Both the position numbers and the translations under genes were made by a program. From Octopus bimaculoides (Eukaryota): 64,000 bases of DNA. The stretch lies in contig NC_068992.1 of the NCBI RefSeq assembly GCF_001194135.2, positions 31,727,257 through 31,791,256 on the forward strand. Direction: 5' to 3'. Of the stretch, positions 1-11,505 are shown in pieces. How positions within the stretch are numbered: the first letter of the stretch is position 1; each line of letters begins with the position of its first letter. The notes under the pieces were generated by a model. It ran no database searches and was not told the DNA's origin. It worked only from the letters and a program-made list of their open reading frames with translations.

Positions 1-1755
1 ATTACGTCCTCTCTCATAATCTTTTGCATCAGAAATGCAGAATGTATATATCATAGTGATACATACAGTGTATGGCGAATACCAGATTTTCAATAATATA
101 AAGCTTTCGCTGACTTATTGAGTTGATGAAGGCTGGCACTTATCTAAATTTTAACACATATTATGGAATATAGAAACAGAATGATTCCATTTTTTGGTAT
201 ATGTCTACTTCACCGAAGTAGACAACTCCTAAACAATCCTCACGGTTAGTACACAATTTGTTCTGAGAAATTAACATTGGGGAGATAAAATTTATTTATG
301 TTAGCTCGTATAAAATCAGCAGTAGACACGAGTTGAGGCTGGAAAAGTAATAGAAACAAAACATAATTTCAAATGAAAAATATACTTTGAAAATATACAT
401 GCGAGTAGGGTACTTGGCAGAGAGAGTGGATACTTCGCAAGCTTCAGAACGTCTTTTCTGAATTGATACTCGTAGCCTAAAGTATACTATGCGAGCAATA
501 GCTAGTTGGTGGTAGAGAAAAGGAAAGTAAATAGTGCCGTGTTGTTTAATAATATATGTTTGTTGAAATGTTGTATGCGGAATCCACAGTGTAGAGACTT
601 TTAATGAAAAATACCAATGTGATTAATATTTGTATTTTCTTCACTTTTAAATGGTCTGTATTTAATACTTTGCTCGTCTTAGAGATAAAGAATGATTCAA
701 CATTTATGCAAGACATGGCAGTTGGTGCACTATGTAGGGAATGTGCACGTTTAACATGGATGCATGGTAATATTCAGATCACTGCGTAGTTTTCAAGATA
801 ATGAACAACGAGATAACATAGAGAAATGGAACAAGGTGATATAAATTACCTAATTATATCTTTTTATGCTCTTAAATATATTCAAGAACTATTCCTTTTA
901 CTTGTAATAATTACGAATGATATTATTTTATAGTAATATTTTAATATATTTGGTGAAATATGTAATATTTCTAGCACATTTAATCTATAATGAATTTGGA
1001 AATTAGTTGTAGTAGATGCAAATGACGCCCTTTTATAGTAATATTACACGCATACATTTGCTGAAACGCGTATTATTTGTAACATATCTCTAAAATATTT
1101 TGAAATTATTTCAAATCTAAATGAAAGCTATTATACTATGTTCATTTTTAATCTATTCTTACACCTTTCCGCACAATATTTTTTTCACTTTTGCATAACA
1201 GCACTAAAACAATATGCCTGCTCAATTTGTTGATATGTCATATTCCTATGCAACTGGGTTTCCATAAATGCGGATCATGTTTTCTATTTGTATTTTTACA
1301 CTTTCCAAATTTTTACTTAGTGTAATATATATTAACAATTACGATAATATATATACTTCCATTTTCCCCCATTTGCTTAAATATATTCCTTTCCATAAAA
1401 TACATAAATGCATGTAGTCCTTTTATGTTGTTTATAAATAAATACTTCTGTCATATTATAGCACTGTTATAAAGAAGGTAAACGTGTTACAAATGGATAA
1501 CAAACATAGCAGCATCTTTCGAATTTAACTTTTGAAAATGTGCATTCATAACACGTTTTATTAATCTGCAACTTTAAATATATTTTTGTATATTCATGAA
1601 CATTGATGATAGCTTTTTAACACCTAAGCTATTCTATGTGGAACAATTAGCATTTATTATCTTTTCTCCACAAGTCTGTTTGCTTTGGCATGGCCTACCT
1701 AAAAATGACTTCCACTAGCGACAAGGCAATTTTATTTTCATTGACATTTTATATA

Positions 1756-2609
1756 CAGAGTGGATTCAGACTAAATATAATGATATTTTATCTCTATATT
1801 TTTCAGAAACCACGTTGGAGAGCATAGACATTAAAGTTGTAGTTGAGAAAAAGGTCGCTGGCATTGTGTACCGGACACCATTTGAATATTGGAAGAGAAT
1901 TGTATCTATCATGTGGATTCACACTGGGTATAAAAAACCGGCATTATCAGTGTTGCCCAATGCTCTGTGAACATTGTAAAGCTGTCAGAAGTGACATGGA
2001 CAGCTGCATCGGAGACAACGAAGCTGTGGAGAACAGGAAGGTACACAGGAAGCAGTCTCACGGCGTCTTCCCACTGGAATTCGTCAACAGGACGAGTACA
2101 TCCGTTCAGTTTAGACAGCTATGTGAAGCTGCTGGTTACTGTAGGCAATACCTGGCTAGAAGGAATTACAGTTGGAAGGTCATACTTGAGGTAGAAGGAT
2201 TCGACACATTTCCATATCTCCAGAAGTGTTTGTCGGAGAATTTTTCCTGCTCCACCAGACAAAATTTTGAGACCACTTATGTCTCCTGATTGTAATCACA
2301 TAGATTACTCTGTGGTGCGCATTTGAGAAAGATACCAACAGCTCTGCCTGCTACACGAAAGCCGAACTAGAGCCCAAAATCAAGGAGGTGTTCGGTGATC
2401 TTCTCAAACACACTGTTATGAGCGCTTGTGCGAGGTTTCTGATCTGTCTATTACTCGTAATAGAAACTGAGTGCAGGTACATAGAGTAAACGCTTATCTC
2501 CCACTCATAATCTGGTTGTAATAATTGATTCTTTTAAATATTTCTTTTGGGCACATGATATTATGTATTCTCTTAACGCAAACTGTCAAAAGTTCGCTCC
2601 ACCATTTTG
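1756..2609 (+). mobile_element. Decayed mariner-type (DD37D/maT-like) DNA transposon
   Basis: Frameshifted pieces SLDSYVKLLVTVGNTWLEGITVGRSYLR*KDSTHFH, SPDCNHIDYSV and FEKDTNSSACYTKAELEPKIKEVFGDLLKHTVMSACARFLICL resemble the QQDSAP..SPDxNPLDY..C-terminus of this transposase group; TA-CAGAGTGG at 1754 and imperfect CCATTTTG-TA at about 2602-2611. Confidence 0.75.
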
Positions 2610-2664
2610 TAATTTTATTGCAGTATCATATGCATACATTTTGTTACAAGATTAGTGTGTAAAA

Positions 2665-2798
2665 TATTCTTTACTTCTCTTGGCACTAGGGCCGAATTTT
2701 GAGGAAGGTAGGCCGTCGATTAGATCGACACCAGTACGCAACTGGTACTTAATTTATCGACCCACGTGCTAAGGTTTCGCCCAGTGTGCTAACGTTCC
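2665..2798 (-). mobile_element. tRNA-derived SINE, tail type 2, head-truncated and internally deleted
   Basis: Minus strand reads GGAACGTTAGCACACTGGGCGAAA..GTCGATAAATTAAGTACCAG..CTAATCGAC..GGCCCTAGTGCC; same family as 45830-46050 and 57205-57393. Confidence 0.75.
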
Positions 2799-2984
2799 TT
2801 ATTTCTTTATTGCCCACAAGGGGCTAAACATAGAGGGGACTAACAACGACAGACAAAAGGATTAAGTCGATTACATCGTCCCCAGTGCGTGACTGGTACT
2901 TAATTTATCGACACCGAAAGGATGAAAGGCAAAGTCGACCTCGGCGGAATTTGAACTCAGAACGTAACGGCAGACGAAATACCA
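2799..2984 (-). mobile_element. tRNA-derived SINE, tail type 1, 5'-truncated
   Basis: B-box-like GAGTTCAAATTCC, core CCTTTCATCCTTTCGGTGTCGATAAATTAAGTACCAG and tail ATGTTTAGCCCCTTGTGGGCAATAAAGAAATAA; homologous to 56965-57197. Confidence 0.85.
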
Positions 2985-5010
2985 ATTTCTTTATTGCCCA
3001 CCGGGGGCTAAACATAAAAATAAACAGAACAACTGATGGGATCAGTAATGCGGTATGATTTTACATTAAATGTGACTTTTAAAAATTAACTAAAATATAA
3101 AAAATCGAATGAAATTAACAATACAGTGACATTACAAATGAAGCGATCATCAGGCCACACTCCGAACCTACAAGGCCCGATCTATCGCTGGTACCTTTTT
3201 TTTTGTCCTTTTTTGTTTCGTCTATTCATACAGTCCCTTGCACGCACAGCACTCGTGCAACATGCTTCCATCTCTTTTGGAACATTCTCTCCGACAGACA
3301 CCTCTTCTCCAGCCACACCTTCCTATTCAAATGAGAAGTAAAAACTGATCGTAAATTGTGGCCAGAGATAAAGTTACCTGTCTTAATTCTTTTTATTCTA
3401 GTCTTCCATACTGCCTCTTTCGCTATTGCCACAACCATGAGAAAACAAATATTACCTTCGTTTGTTAAAATTCCCGGTGGGTCAATTTTTATAATTGACT
3501 CAGTCGACAGGTGCACTCTTCCTTCGCCGGACAACAGGTGTTCAGCATAAGCCCACATTTCAGATACATCCGAAAACTGAACAATAGCGTGGGGGACGGG
3601 TTCCCTGTCTCCCCCGAATCTTGGACAGGTCGGCAACTGACNNNNNNNNNNNNNNNNNNNNNNNNNNNNNNNNNNNNNNNNNNNNNNNNNNNNNNNNNNN
3701 NNNNNNNNNNNNNNNNNNNNNNNNNNNNNNNNNNNNNNNNNNNNNNNNNNNNNNNNNNNNNNNNNNNNNNNNNNNNNNNNNNNNNNNNNNNNNNNNNNNN
3801 NNNNNNNNNNNNNNNNNNNNNNNNNNNNNNNNNNNNNNNNNNNNNNNNNNNNNNNNNNNNNNNNNNNNNNNNNNNNNNNNNNNNNNNNNNNNNNNNNNNN
3901 NNNNNNNNNNNNNNNNNNNNNNNNNNNNNNNNNNNNNNNNNNNNNNNNNNNNNNNNNNNNNNNNNNNNNNNNNNNNNNNNNNNNNNNNNNNNNNNNNNNN
4001 NNNNNNNNNNNNNNNNNNNNNNNNNNNNNNNNNNNNNNNNNNNNNNNNNNNNNNNNNNNNNNNGTTCGGAAAAACCTCTGAACTCGTGGAACATTTGTCT
4101 GGCCAGCGGAGGCCACACCCGTTCACTATCCAGGAGAATTCAGAGCCACCTCAACCTCAACGCATGCCGGCGCATCATTAACCAAGGCATCCCTAAACCT
4201 CCCTTTAAAGGCTTTTGACAGCAGACAGAGCGTTTCACAAGTGGCGACCTGCCCTTCCAAAAAAAGCGAAAGAGCTGTCTCTCCAACATGATCAACCACG
4301 AATCCGGACAAGGCACGACGGTCAGGTGGTATGTAATGCCCGATGCGATAAACACATTGGCCACCTCCACCCTCCCTTTCAGGGATAGCCATCGCCAAGA
4401 CCAGGTCTTGACTACTGCAGCCACCCTGCTCAATACCTCCGTCCGATTCCTCTCGATCTAGAGGCCTGGTCCGAACCAAACTCCCAGCATTGACTTACCA
4501 ACCCAGGTGCCGATCTGCAAGCCGACCGACTTTTCCTGGTTAATCTTTGCTCCTGCCACATCCTCGTAAACCACAATAGTCTTACCCACTTCACGTAGGC
4601 GTGCTACTGAGGTTACGCTGATAGTGATATCATCCGCGTAAGCCGTAACAAACCCCTCTAGACCTGGTTCTCTCGGGATGCCACTCAACCTTCGCAGCAG
4701 GTGCTCGAGAGCCACCGTATACAAAAGTGGTGAGAGCGAACATCCTTGACGAACCGAGCGTCTGATGCAGAACGGATTCGAAAGGAAACCGTTCACCAGA
4801 ACTATCGAGTCAATGTTGAGGTACAAAGCGATAAACCACTTGAGGAAGCCAAGGCCCAGGCCGAAGCGCGCAAGCACAGTCACCAGGTATCGATGGCCAA
4901 CACTATTAAAAGCTTTAGACTGGTCCAAATGTACCAATGCCCCACCTTTGCCAGACTGGCGGAGATTTCCACACGTGGAATTTGCTTCATTCTCAGGCGA
5001 TAACATGACA
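2985..5010 (-). mobile_element. Tx1/L1-clade LINE 'A', 5'-truncated: RT, C-terminal region and 3'UTR; gap at 3642-4063
   Basis: RT motifs LDQSKAF, RQGCSLSPLLY, AYADD; downstream LSLKGRVEVAN..KGGLG; degenerate C-terminal Zn-knuckle region TCPRFGGDREPVPHAIVQF; stop at 3226; tail ends GGGCAATAAAGAAAT at 2985. Confidence 0.9.
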
Positions 5011-5689
5011 GAGTATGCAACTCTCTGAAAGTAACGTACGATAGAAAATTAGCATGTAGTAAATATAGAAACTGAAGTCCAGTAACATATACAGAAGAGG
5101 ATGATGCAAATATGGACAACATTATAATCGATAGGTAGGATGATGGTGTTATTTGCTCATAGGAAGTATTGTAACCATGAAATAGTGCGAGAAAATGAAA
5201 TGAATATATATTTTACACTTCAGAAATACATAGATATTTAAGAAAACTAGATAAGTAACAGAAAAAATTACGGGGACATTTTATTGTCTAAAATAGTATT
5301 CAGGAGCAAAACTGCCAATGGTAATATGGCAGTAAAACATATTGCTCTGTTTAATATGTCAGATGTATATATTCTGATATACATTGCCAGATATTTTGTA
5401 ATAATGAGCCTTCAAGTGAAGTGCGTTTGGGAAAACGTCGATACCGGCTAAATTCTTGTTGATAAGAATGCAAGGCTCTTTGCAAACGAATGCACAAGAA
5501 CTTCGTCGTTATAAAACGCGGAGCACTAAGATCGTTGAAGCGTTCAGATATAGAAAGGGATTTTAGAAAGGTTTTGTGCTTGAAACAATAATGAATTCAA
5601 AATGCTGGTTCAGGAAATAACGCACCATATTACACTCTGTGCACTCCAGTTTCGAGATAAGTTATAATGTGGATCTTCGTCCACTTCTA

Positions 5690-7510
5690 TGTTACTGTCC
5701 GCATGGTAATATTCTTGTCACCACTATTATGTTGTGGCAGTATTCTACACAGGTTAGTATTTTTTACTTTATATATACTGTCGGAGCTGCCCAGTGTGAA
5801 TGTTCGACTTTTTCAATTATAGCTAGAGTTCCAAATCATTCCAGCACTTTATTAACGTGGTCTAAGTCCGCGAACGGCACGTTCCTTTGGAGCCTAAAGA
5901 CGGGTCTCTTATCTTTTACCTCGAACTTCGCTTTTGTCTAAGTGTAACATGATAATCCTTCCAAAAACACATTTGGAAACATTTTTAAAGAATGTTTTAT
6001 CTCAGTTGTTCGACTTTATTCGCGACTTTTAACCGTGCCGGCAACATTTTCACAGAGGACGCTAATGGGGTTATCCCATATTTTAAATAACTCCATACAT
6101 TCTGTGCCAAATAGATTTTGTGATTTTTTCAACATAAATAATTGTTCTTTTCGTTTCACCTCGAAAAGTTACATTGCAAATACTGTCACCGATGAAATAT
6201 AATTTCTTTCCTGGAACCATATGCTACTTTATTTGTTTTAAATAATTTCGGCTTACCGATTTGTCACTATGTTTCTTCATTTATGATAGTGATGTCACTA
6301 CCTGTGTCTCATTGCATTTTGACACTAGTTATTTCGTTTCTCACCTTGATGAATTCTCTGTTCACTGTGCAATCTTTCTTTTCTGATGAAAAACTATTTA
6401 TTATTTCTCTTTTGTTTCAATTTTTGGTCATCTTAGTCCTGCAGTGCGATTTAATGTGTCTTGTGTTCCCACTACAAAAGCACTTTGCTTTTTTGAACGA
6501 ACACTCTTTTCTCAGGCACCTATCACTGCATACCATATGTAGGTATCTACTGTTATATATCGTGATTTTAGTGGAACACTTTATTCGTCATCCGACTTTT
6601 CCATACTGGTTTTATCTGTAAAGAATCTCTGCTTCGATTTCTTCTTCGTTGTACCTTACTTTTGATATATCGCACTCTTCTAACAGTTTCTGGAAAGTTA
6701 TATCCTTGTTCATTTCCAGCTCTGCGAGAAATTTCGTTCTGATTTCTGCGTTCTCTTTAGCAGTAAGACCCTGAACAAAACTAAGGTACTTGAACGAGTC
6801 TGGATGTAGTTTATCCAATTTAAATCTCTTACACTCGCTGTTCACTGTACCCGAATATATGGTAAATTCTTCATGATCGCCTTTCTCAATATTCAAACAC
6901 ATCCAATGTGTTGAACAACGATGTTTTCTCACTAAACATCCTACATAAATTGTCAGTAGTGTCCGGGAAATTTATGTCAGAAATTTGTTTAGGTAATATA
7001 AAGTCACATTATTTTTCATGCTCTTTTATTGCCAGTTTCCTCATAATTAGATACGTTTGCATTTCGTCGGTCTGGTCTTCGCATTATTTTTCCAAAATTA
7101 GTTCAAATCTTCGGTAATATGCCTCAAACGTGATACCTTCTTCCGGGTCATATTTAAACTCATTTATCCAATTTGTTACGCGGGCTGGCGAAAATGTATT
7201 TTCTGTTTTTTTTTTTTTTGGTTTTTTGTTTTTTTAAACGAACTTCATTATTTGTAGCATCTGTTGATGAAACATTTGTTGATATTGCTGTTTTTGCAAC
7301 ACAGCTAGAGCCTCAAATAAGTTTTCCATAATTTTCCGGACTTTTCGTAAAATAAGTACAACAAAAATGTTTGTTACTACTCTGTCGAGTTTTTAATTTC
7401 TGCACTTGAAAATTTTTTCAACGTCGTCCCCGCGAATTTTTTTATTTTCTCATGAAAAATAAATTGTTTTCAACGCTGTCCGCATGAATTGTTTATAACC
7501 CCGTGGCCAT
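5690..7510 (-). mobile_element. Ty3/Gypsy LTR retrotransposon internal region (gag, protease, start of RT), decayed and 3'-truncated
   Basis: gag FSPARVTNWINEFKYDPEEGITFEAYYRRF and FKYLSFVQGLTAKENAEIR; Zn-knuckle KCFCSGNTRHIKSHC; protease DTGSDITIINEET; RT start SHWAAPTV; PBS-like TGGCCACGGGG one base after the LTR. Confidence 0.85.
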
Positions 7511-7864
7511 TGTTATAGCGTGGATCGTCGTTCACTTGTTTATTATTGTCGGCACTGTAATATTTTTTCACCACTATTACGTTGTAGCGGTATTACGTTG
7601 TAGCGGTATTACGTTGTAGCGGTATTACGTTGTAGCGGTATTACGTTGTAGCGGTATTACGTTGTAGCGGTATTACGTTGTAGCGGTATTCCGCGTATTA
7701 TTGTTTTTGACTCGTCTGATAATTCCACAAGACGATGACTTTGAAACGTCTGCCTTGACGATAGATCGAATTCGTATATATCATGTAACTAACACTGACT
7801 CCAGCTGAGAACTCGTACAACGACTCTACTACTACTGATTTCCTACAACAGCTGACTCTCTACA
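7511..7864 (-). mobile_element. 5' LTR of the Gypsy element
   Basis: TG...CA ends (minus strand TGTAGAGAG...TATAACA) directly upstream of the PBS-like sequence; no second LTR seen. Confidence 0.65.
7575..7690. repeat. Perfect 16-bp tandem repeat (TATTACGTTGTAGCGG) x7 inside the LTR
   Basis: Seven identical units plus TATT, read directly. Confidence 0.95.
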
Positions 7865-9769
7865 ACTTTGTCATTTGGGAAGAGTTTACCATTTCCAATA
7901 CAACATTATCAAAAAAGTGTATAAGAAAATCCTGGCAGGTTAAAACTAACCGAACATAAAATGATAGAAAATTCATTGGAGAAATTAGGGCCATATTATC
8001 GTTAGGAGTAATCGGTACTTGAAAGTTTTGGACAGATATTTGATGGGTCTCTGTCAAATATTGATATTTCGATCTAAGAAAGAAAATGAAAGAAAAATCT
8101 AAAAGTAATAAATTTAAGAAAATGAAAGTAGTAAGGCAGACACCCGATTCTATAGCTTATAATTCGGAACGGATGTTATGAATAATATGACGTCTCGCAT
8201 GTCACGTTGAAGAACAAGGCTTCAAAGAAATTATCTGCAATTTTTCTCCATTAAACGTGTACGTTCTTGTCACCGTTATATTCAGTGTTTATCATTTTTA
8301 GAACACAAAGCGTTTTATAGGGAAAAGATTTTGAATATAAATTGGATAGTAGTCACAGTTTATAATCCCCGTTCATTTATTGATGACAAAAATCTATTCT
8401 GTAATATGGAGTAAAACCCATATGTAATAAGTAAGAGGACACTCAAAATGGCTACGCCATCTAAACAAACGCTGTTAATTTGAACGACGGGTATATACTA
8501 AAGTATGTAGCTATTGTATATAAAGAGCATTGTGTTCCTGAAAGTGATTGCCATACATATCAAGGCACACAAGAATTAAATAAACTTTCCTGCCATTGTA
8601 GTTACACTGACTTGAAGAAAGGATGGAAACACGTTTCCATGGCATCCTTTTAAACTAACATCTGTTTACCGACTGATATGCTGTTACAATCGTGTTAATT
8701 TTTGAGAAAATGCGTTACGAAATCTAGTGCATCAAGTAAATTTTGATTGGTCATGAAAAACACATAAACAATTTCCCCATTTCTCTGGATGAATAAGAAG
8801 CGAAATCTGTACAATACACTTTTTTCAACTGCTGCTGTTAGGTTAGATGTTGGATGTCATAAAATCTAGAAGCTGAAAAGAAAAAAAAAATCCGATATTT
8901 TATACACTGCCCGTCACTATTTTCTATAATCAATATGCGGAGAAATATTATAGTTATCTTTACAGAATTTTCACTCGTCACCGCTTCAAAGACTATATAT
9001 ACATGTGTACACACATACACGTGTGTGCGTGTATACCTACGCACATACGGACACAAACAAACACACACAGATATATATATATACTCATACAACTTATGAT
9101 GTATCACAGCATGTATCAAACGCTTCATTGTCTATTTTCTATTGAATTTTACTACACTTATAGGAAAGTATGCCTAAGCAATGTATTATTTCATCCCCAA
9201 CCCCATTCATTGTTGAATGATTCGTAGTTGTCCCAAATATCAGCTGCTTAAATATATATTATAATTTTGTTTTCAAAATTCATGCATTGATTCGGTAGTT
9301 ATTTAGGATAATCTATTCGTATACAGTAATAACTCACATTGATGTTTCATAGTTTAGAGCAACCACTTCCCTTCACAACTATCTCTATTAAGACATTTTG
9401 TAACTGATTTTCATAAATGTCAGACAATAAATTTTGCAACAGCTTGCAGCAACATAAAGAAGACTTTAAAACTCTGCAGCAAAATTTGAAAGTTGTCAAA
9501 ACCGCTCACCTAAGAGTATAAATATTTATATGAAAGCATGAAAGACAATAAAGAAACATACCTGTTACACTTTTCCCTCGCAAGCACATTAAAGTGAGTG
9601 ACAGCTTTCATGCTAAATATGGATTTTCGCACCAAGAATATATTTTACATACTCTGTGAAATGATATTATTATATTTATTGTCACTTTTGGTAATTCCAG
9701 TGCAAGGCCTTGTTAAGGACTAAATTCTCGTTAATTTTATATGAACTATTTCTTCTACTTCTCTTGTAC

Positions 9770-10100
9770 GTGTTATTCGGTAAATACCCAACGGCAAACG
9801 ACATCGAAGAGCCCCGAAAATCAGATGTAAAAGCCAATATAAATTTTTCCTACTTGAAGCTGGAATCGATCCTAAACACATGGGAAAAGAAGCTGCCGAC
9901 CATCCATCTTGTCCAAGAATATTTCATTTCGGTTGTTCCACATTCGCGGAAAGGAGAAAGACTGGAGAAGAAGCAAAAACAAAGCAATGCTGCATACCTG
10001 CTATACGATCAATACTCGAGACGGTTCTCTTATGACCTGACCTTCTGAGCTATGTCAGGTTTCAGCATCATGTACGTACGGAATGAACTAAACTCGGACA
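9770..10100 (+). mobile_element. RTE-clade LINE 3' fragment
   Basis: PNGKRHRRAPKIRCKSQYKFFLLEAGIDPKHMGKEAADHPSCPRIFHFGCSTFAERRK resembles the RTE ORF C-terminus (GxRxxGRPKxRxKD..GID..W). Confidence 0.7.
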
Positions 10101-10256
10101 CGAGTGATGTTGGTGACATTATATATGTGTGTGTGTAAATATATACATATATGTATNNNNNNNNNNNNNNNNNNNNNNNNNNNNNNNNNNNNNNNNNNNN
10201 NNNNNNNNNNNNNNNNNNNNNNNNNNNNNNNNNNNNNNNNNNNNNNNNNNNNNNNN

Positions 10257-10288
<32 letters not shown>

Positions 10289-11324
10289 CTCTAATTTTTT
10301 GTATAATTACATATTGTTAATATGACAATACATAAAAACGGGCTAGAGTTGAAGTGCTCACCTTGAACTAGAATTTACATTATAGTAATTCTCCAATCGA
10401 GGTAAAAAGAACCATGTATTAGATCCATTTGTTTTTAGATGCATGTTGACATATTGTATTATGTCACTGTAACCTTTCATATTTTTGTTTTTCCTCTCTT
10501 TCTGTACAATGGACATCCTGATGTAGGGAGTGTCTAATTTCTTATACGAGTACTACACCATATTAATATACACATCTCAGAAATGGTCCATAGATGAATA
10601 TTTCTAATATAACCTATGTATTTTACGGTTTGTTGATATAGTACATATACATATCCTTTTCTAACGTACATGTTTTTAATATAATACATGTAAATATATA
10701 ACATAATATCAAATTGTATCATATCGTATATATATTTACCCATTATATGTTGAATCATACTGTACGTTTATATATCGTAATGTATTATCTTAAATTGTCA
10801 AATATTTTTATACAACTTGGAAACTATGCATTTTTATAAACATTTTTATATAAATATTTTAAACATTCATGATATTTCTGAAGTTTATATCGTTGTATGT
10901 GCCTGTATACTTTACTTTACCTTACCTTTTAGATATTTTAGAGACTTAAAACTATATATTTATTGATTCTAGAATGAATTGAACACACACACACAGATAT
11001 TAAATCTTGCGTTGGATATACGGTATTGTTCCTGTGGTCTTCCACCCTTATGTATCCATTCTTACTATAATATATATATATATACATAAATATACGTACA
11101 TACATATATATGTTTGTATGCATTTCACCCAATGTACATATCCTTACTTTACTTCATTGATTTATAAAACGTTTACTGAGTGAATATGACACTTAATTCT
11201 AAACACCTATTCTTAAATTTAACCATGATTCTATCCGGATGTAGATGAAGAAACCGGATGCAAAGAAGAAGTGCATTAGAGCAAAAACATATATTAGACA
11301 GATATATGAACTTAATATACTGTG

Positions 11325-11505
11325 GGCACAAGGCCTGAAATGTGGGTGGAAAAGACTAATCAGTTACATCGTGCCCAGTGCTTCACTAGTACTTAATTTA
11401 TCGATCCCAAAAGGATGAAAGGCAAAGAAAGTCGACCTGGATGGAATTTGAAATCAGAACTTAAGGACGGACGAAATTCCGCTTAGCATTTTGTCCGGCA
11501 CGCTA
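11325..11505 (-). mobile_element. tRNA-derived SINE, tail type 2
   Basis: Reverse complement of the SINE core (AATTTATCGATCCCAAAAGGATGAAAGGCAAAG..GTCGACC..GAATTTGAAATCAGAAC) and type-2 tail GGCACAAGGCCTG. Confidence 0.8.

Noticed and set aside
683-766. Possible 84-nt phase-1 exon (EIKNDSTFMQDMAVGALCRECARLTWMH) with plausible splice sites
   Set aside because: No recognisable protein similarity and no credible partner exon; such signals arise by chance in AT-rich DNA.
1807-2476. Apparent host exon (TTTCAG acceptor, CAG/GTAC donor, 148-aa ORF)
   Set aside because: No single frame is open across it; the pieces join into a frameshifted mariner-type transposase with TIR-like ends.
2801-3015. 31-bp direct repeat read as a target-site duplication
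   Set aside because: A similar tail ends the independent SINE at 57165-57197, so it is intrinsic to the elements.
7575-7690. CRISPR-like array
   Set aside because: Identical units with no spacers, inside a eukaryotic LTR.
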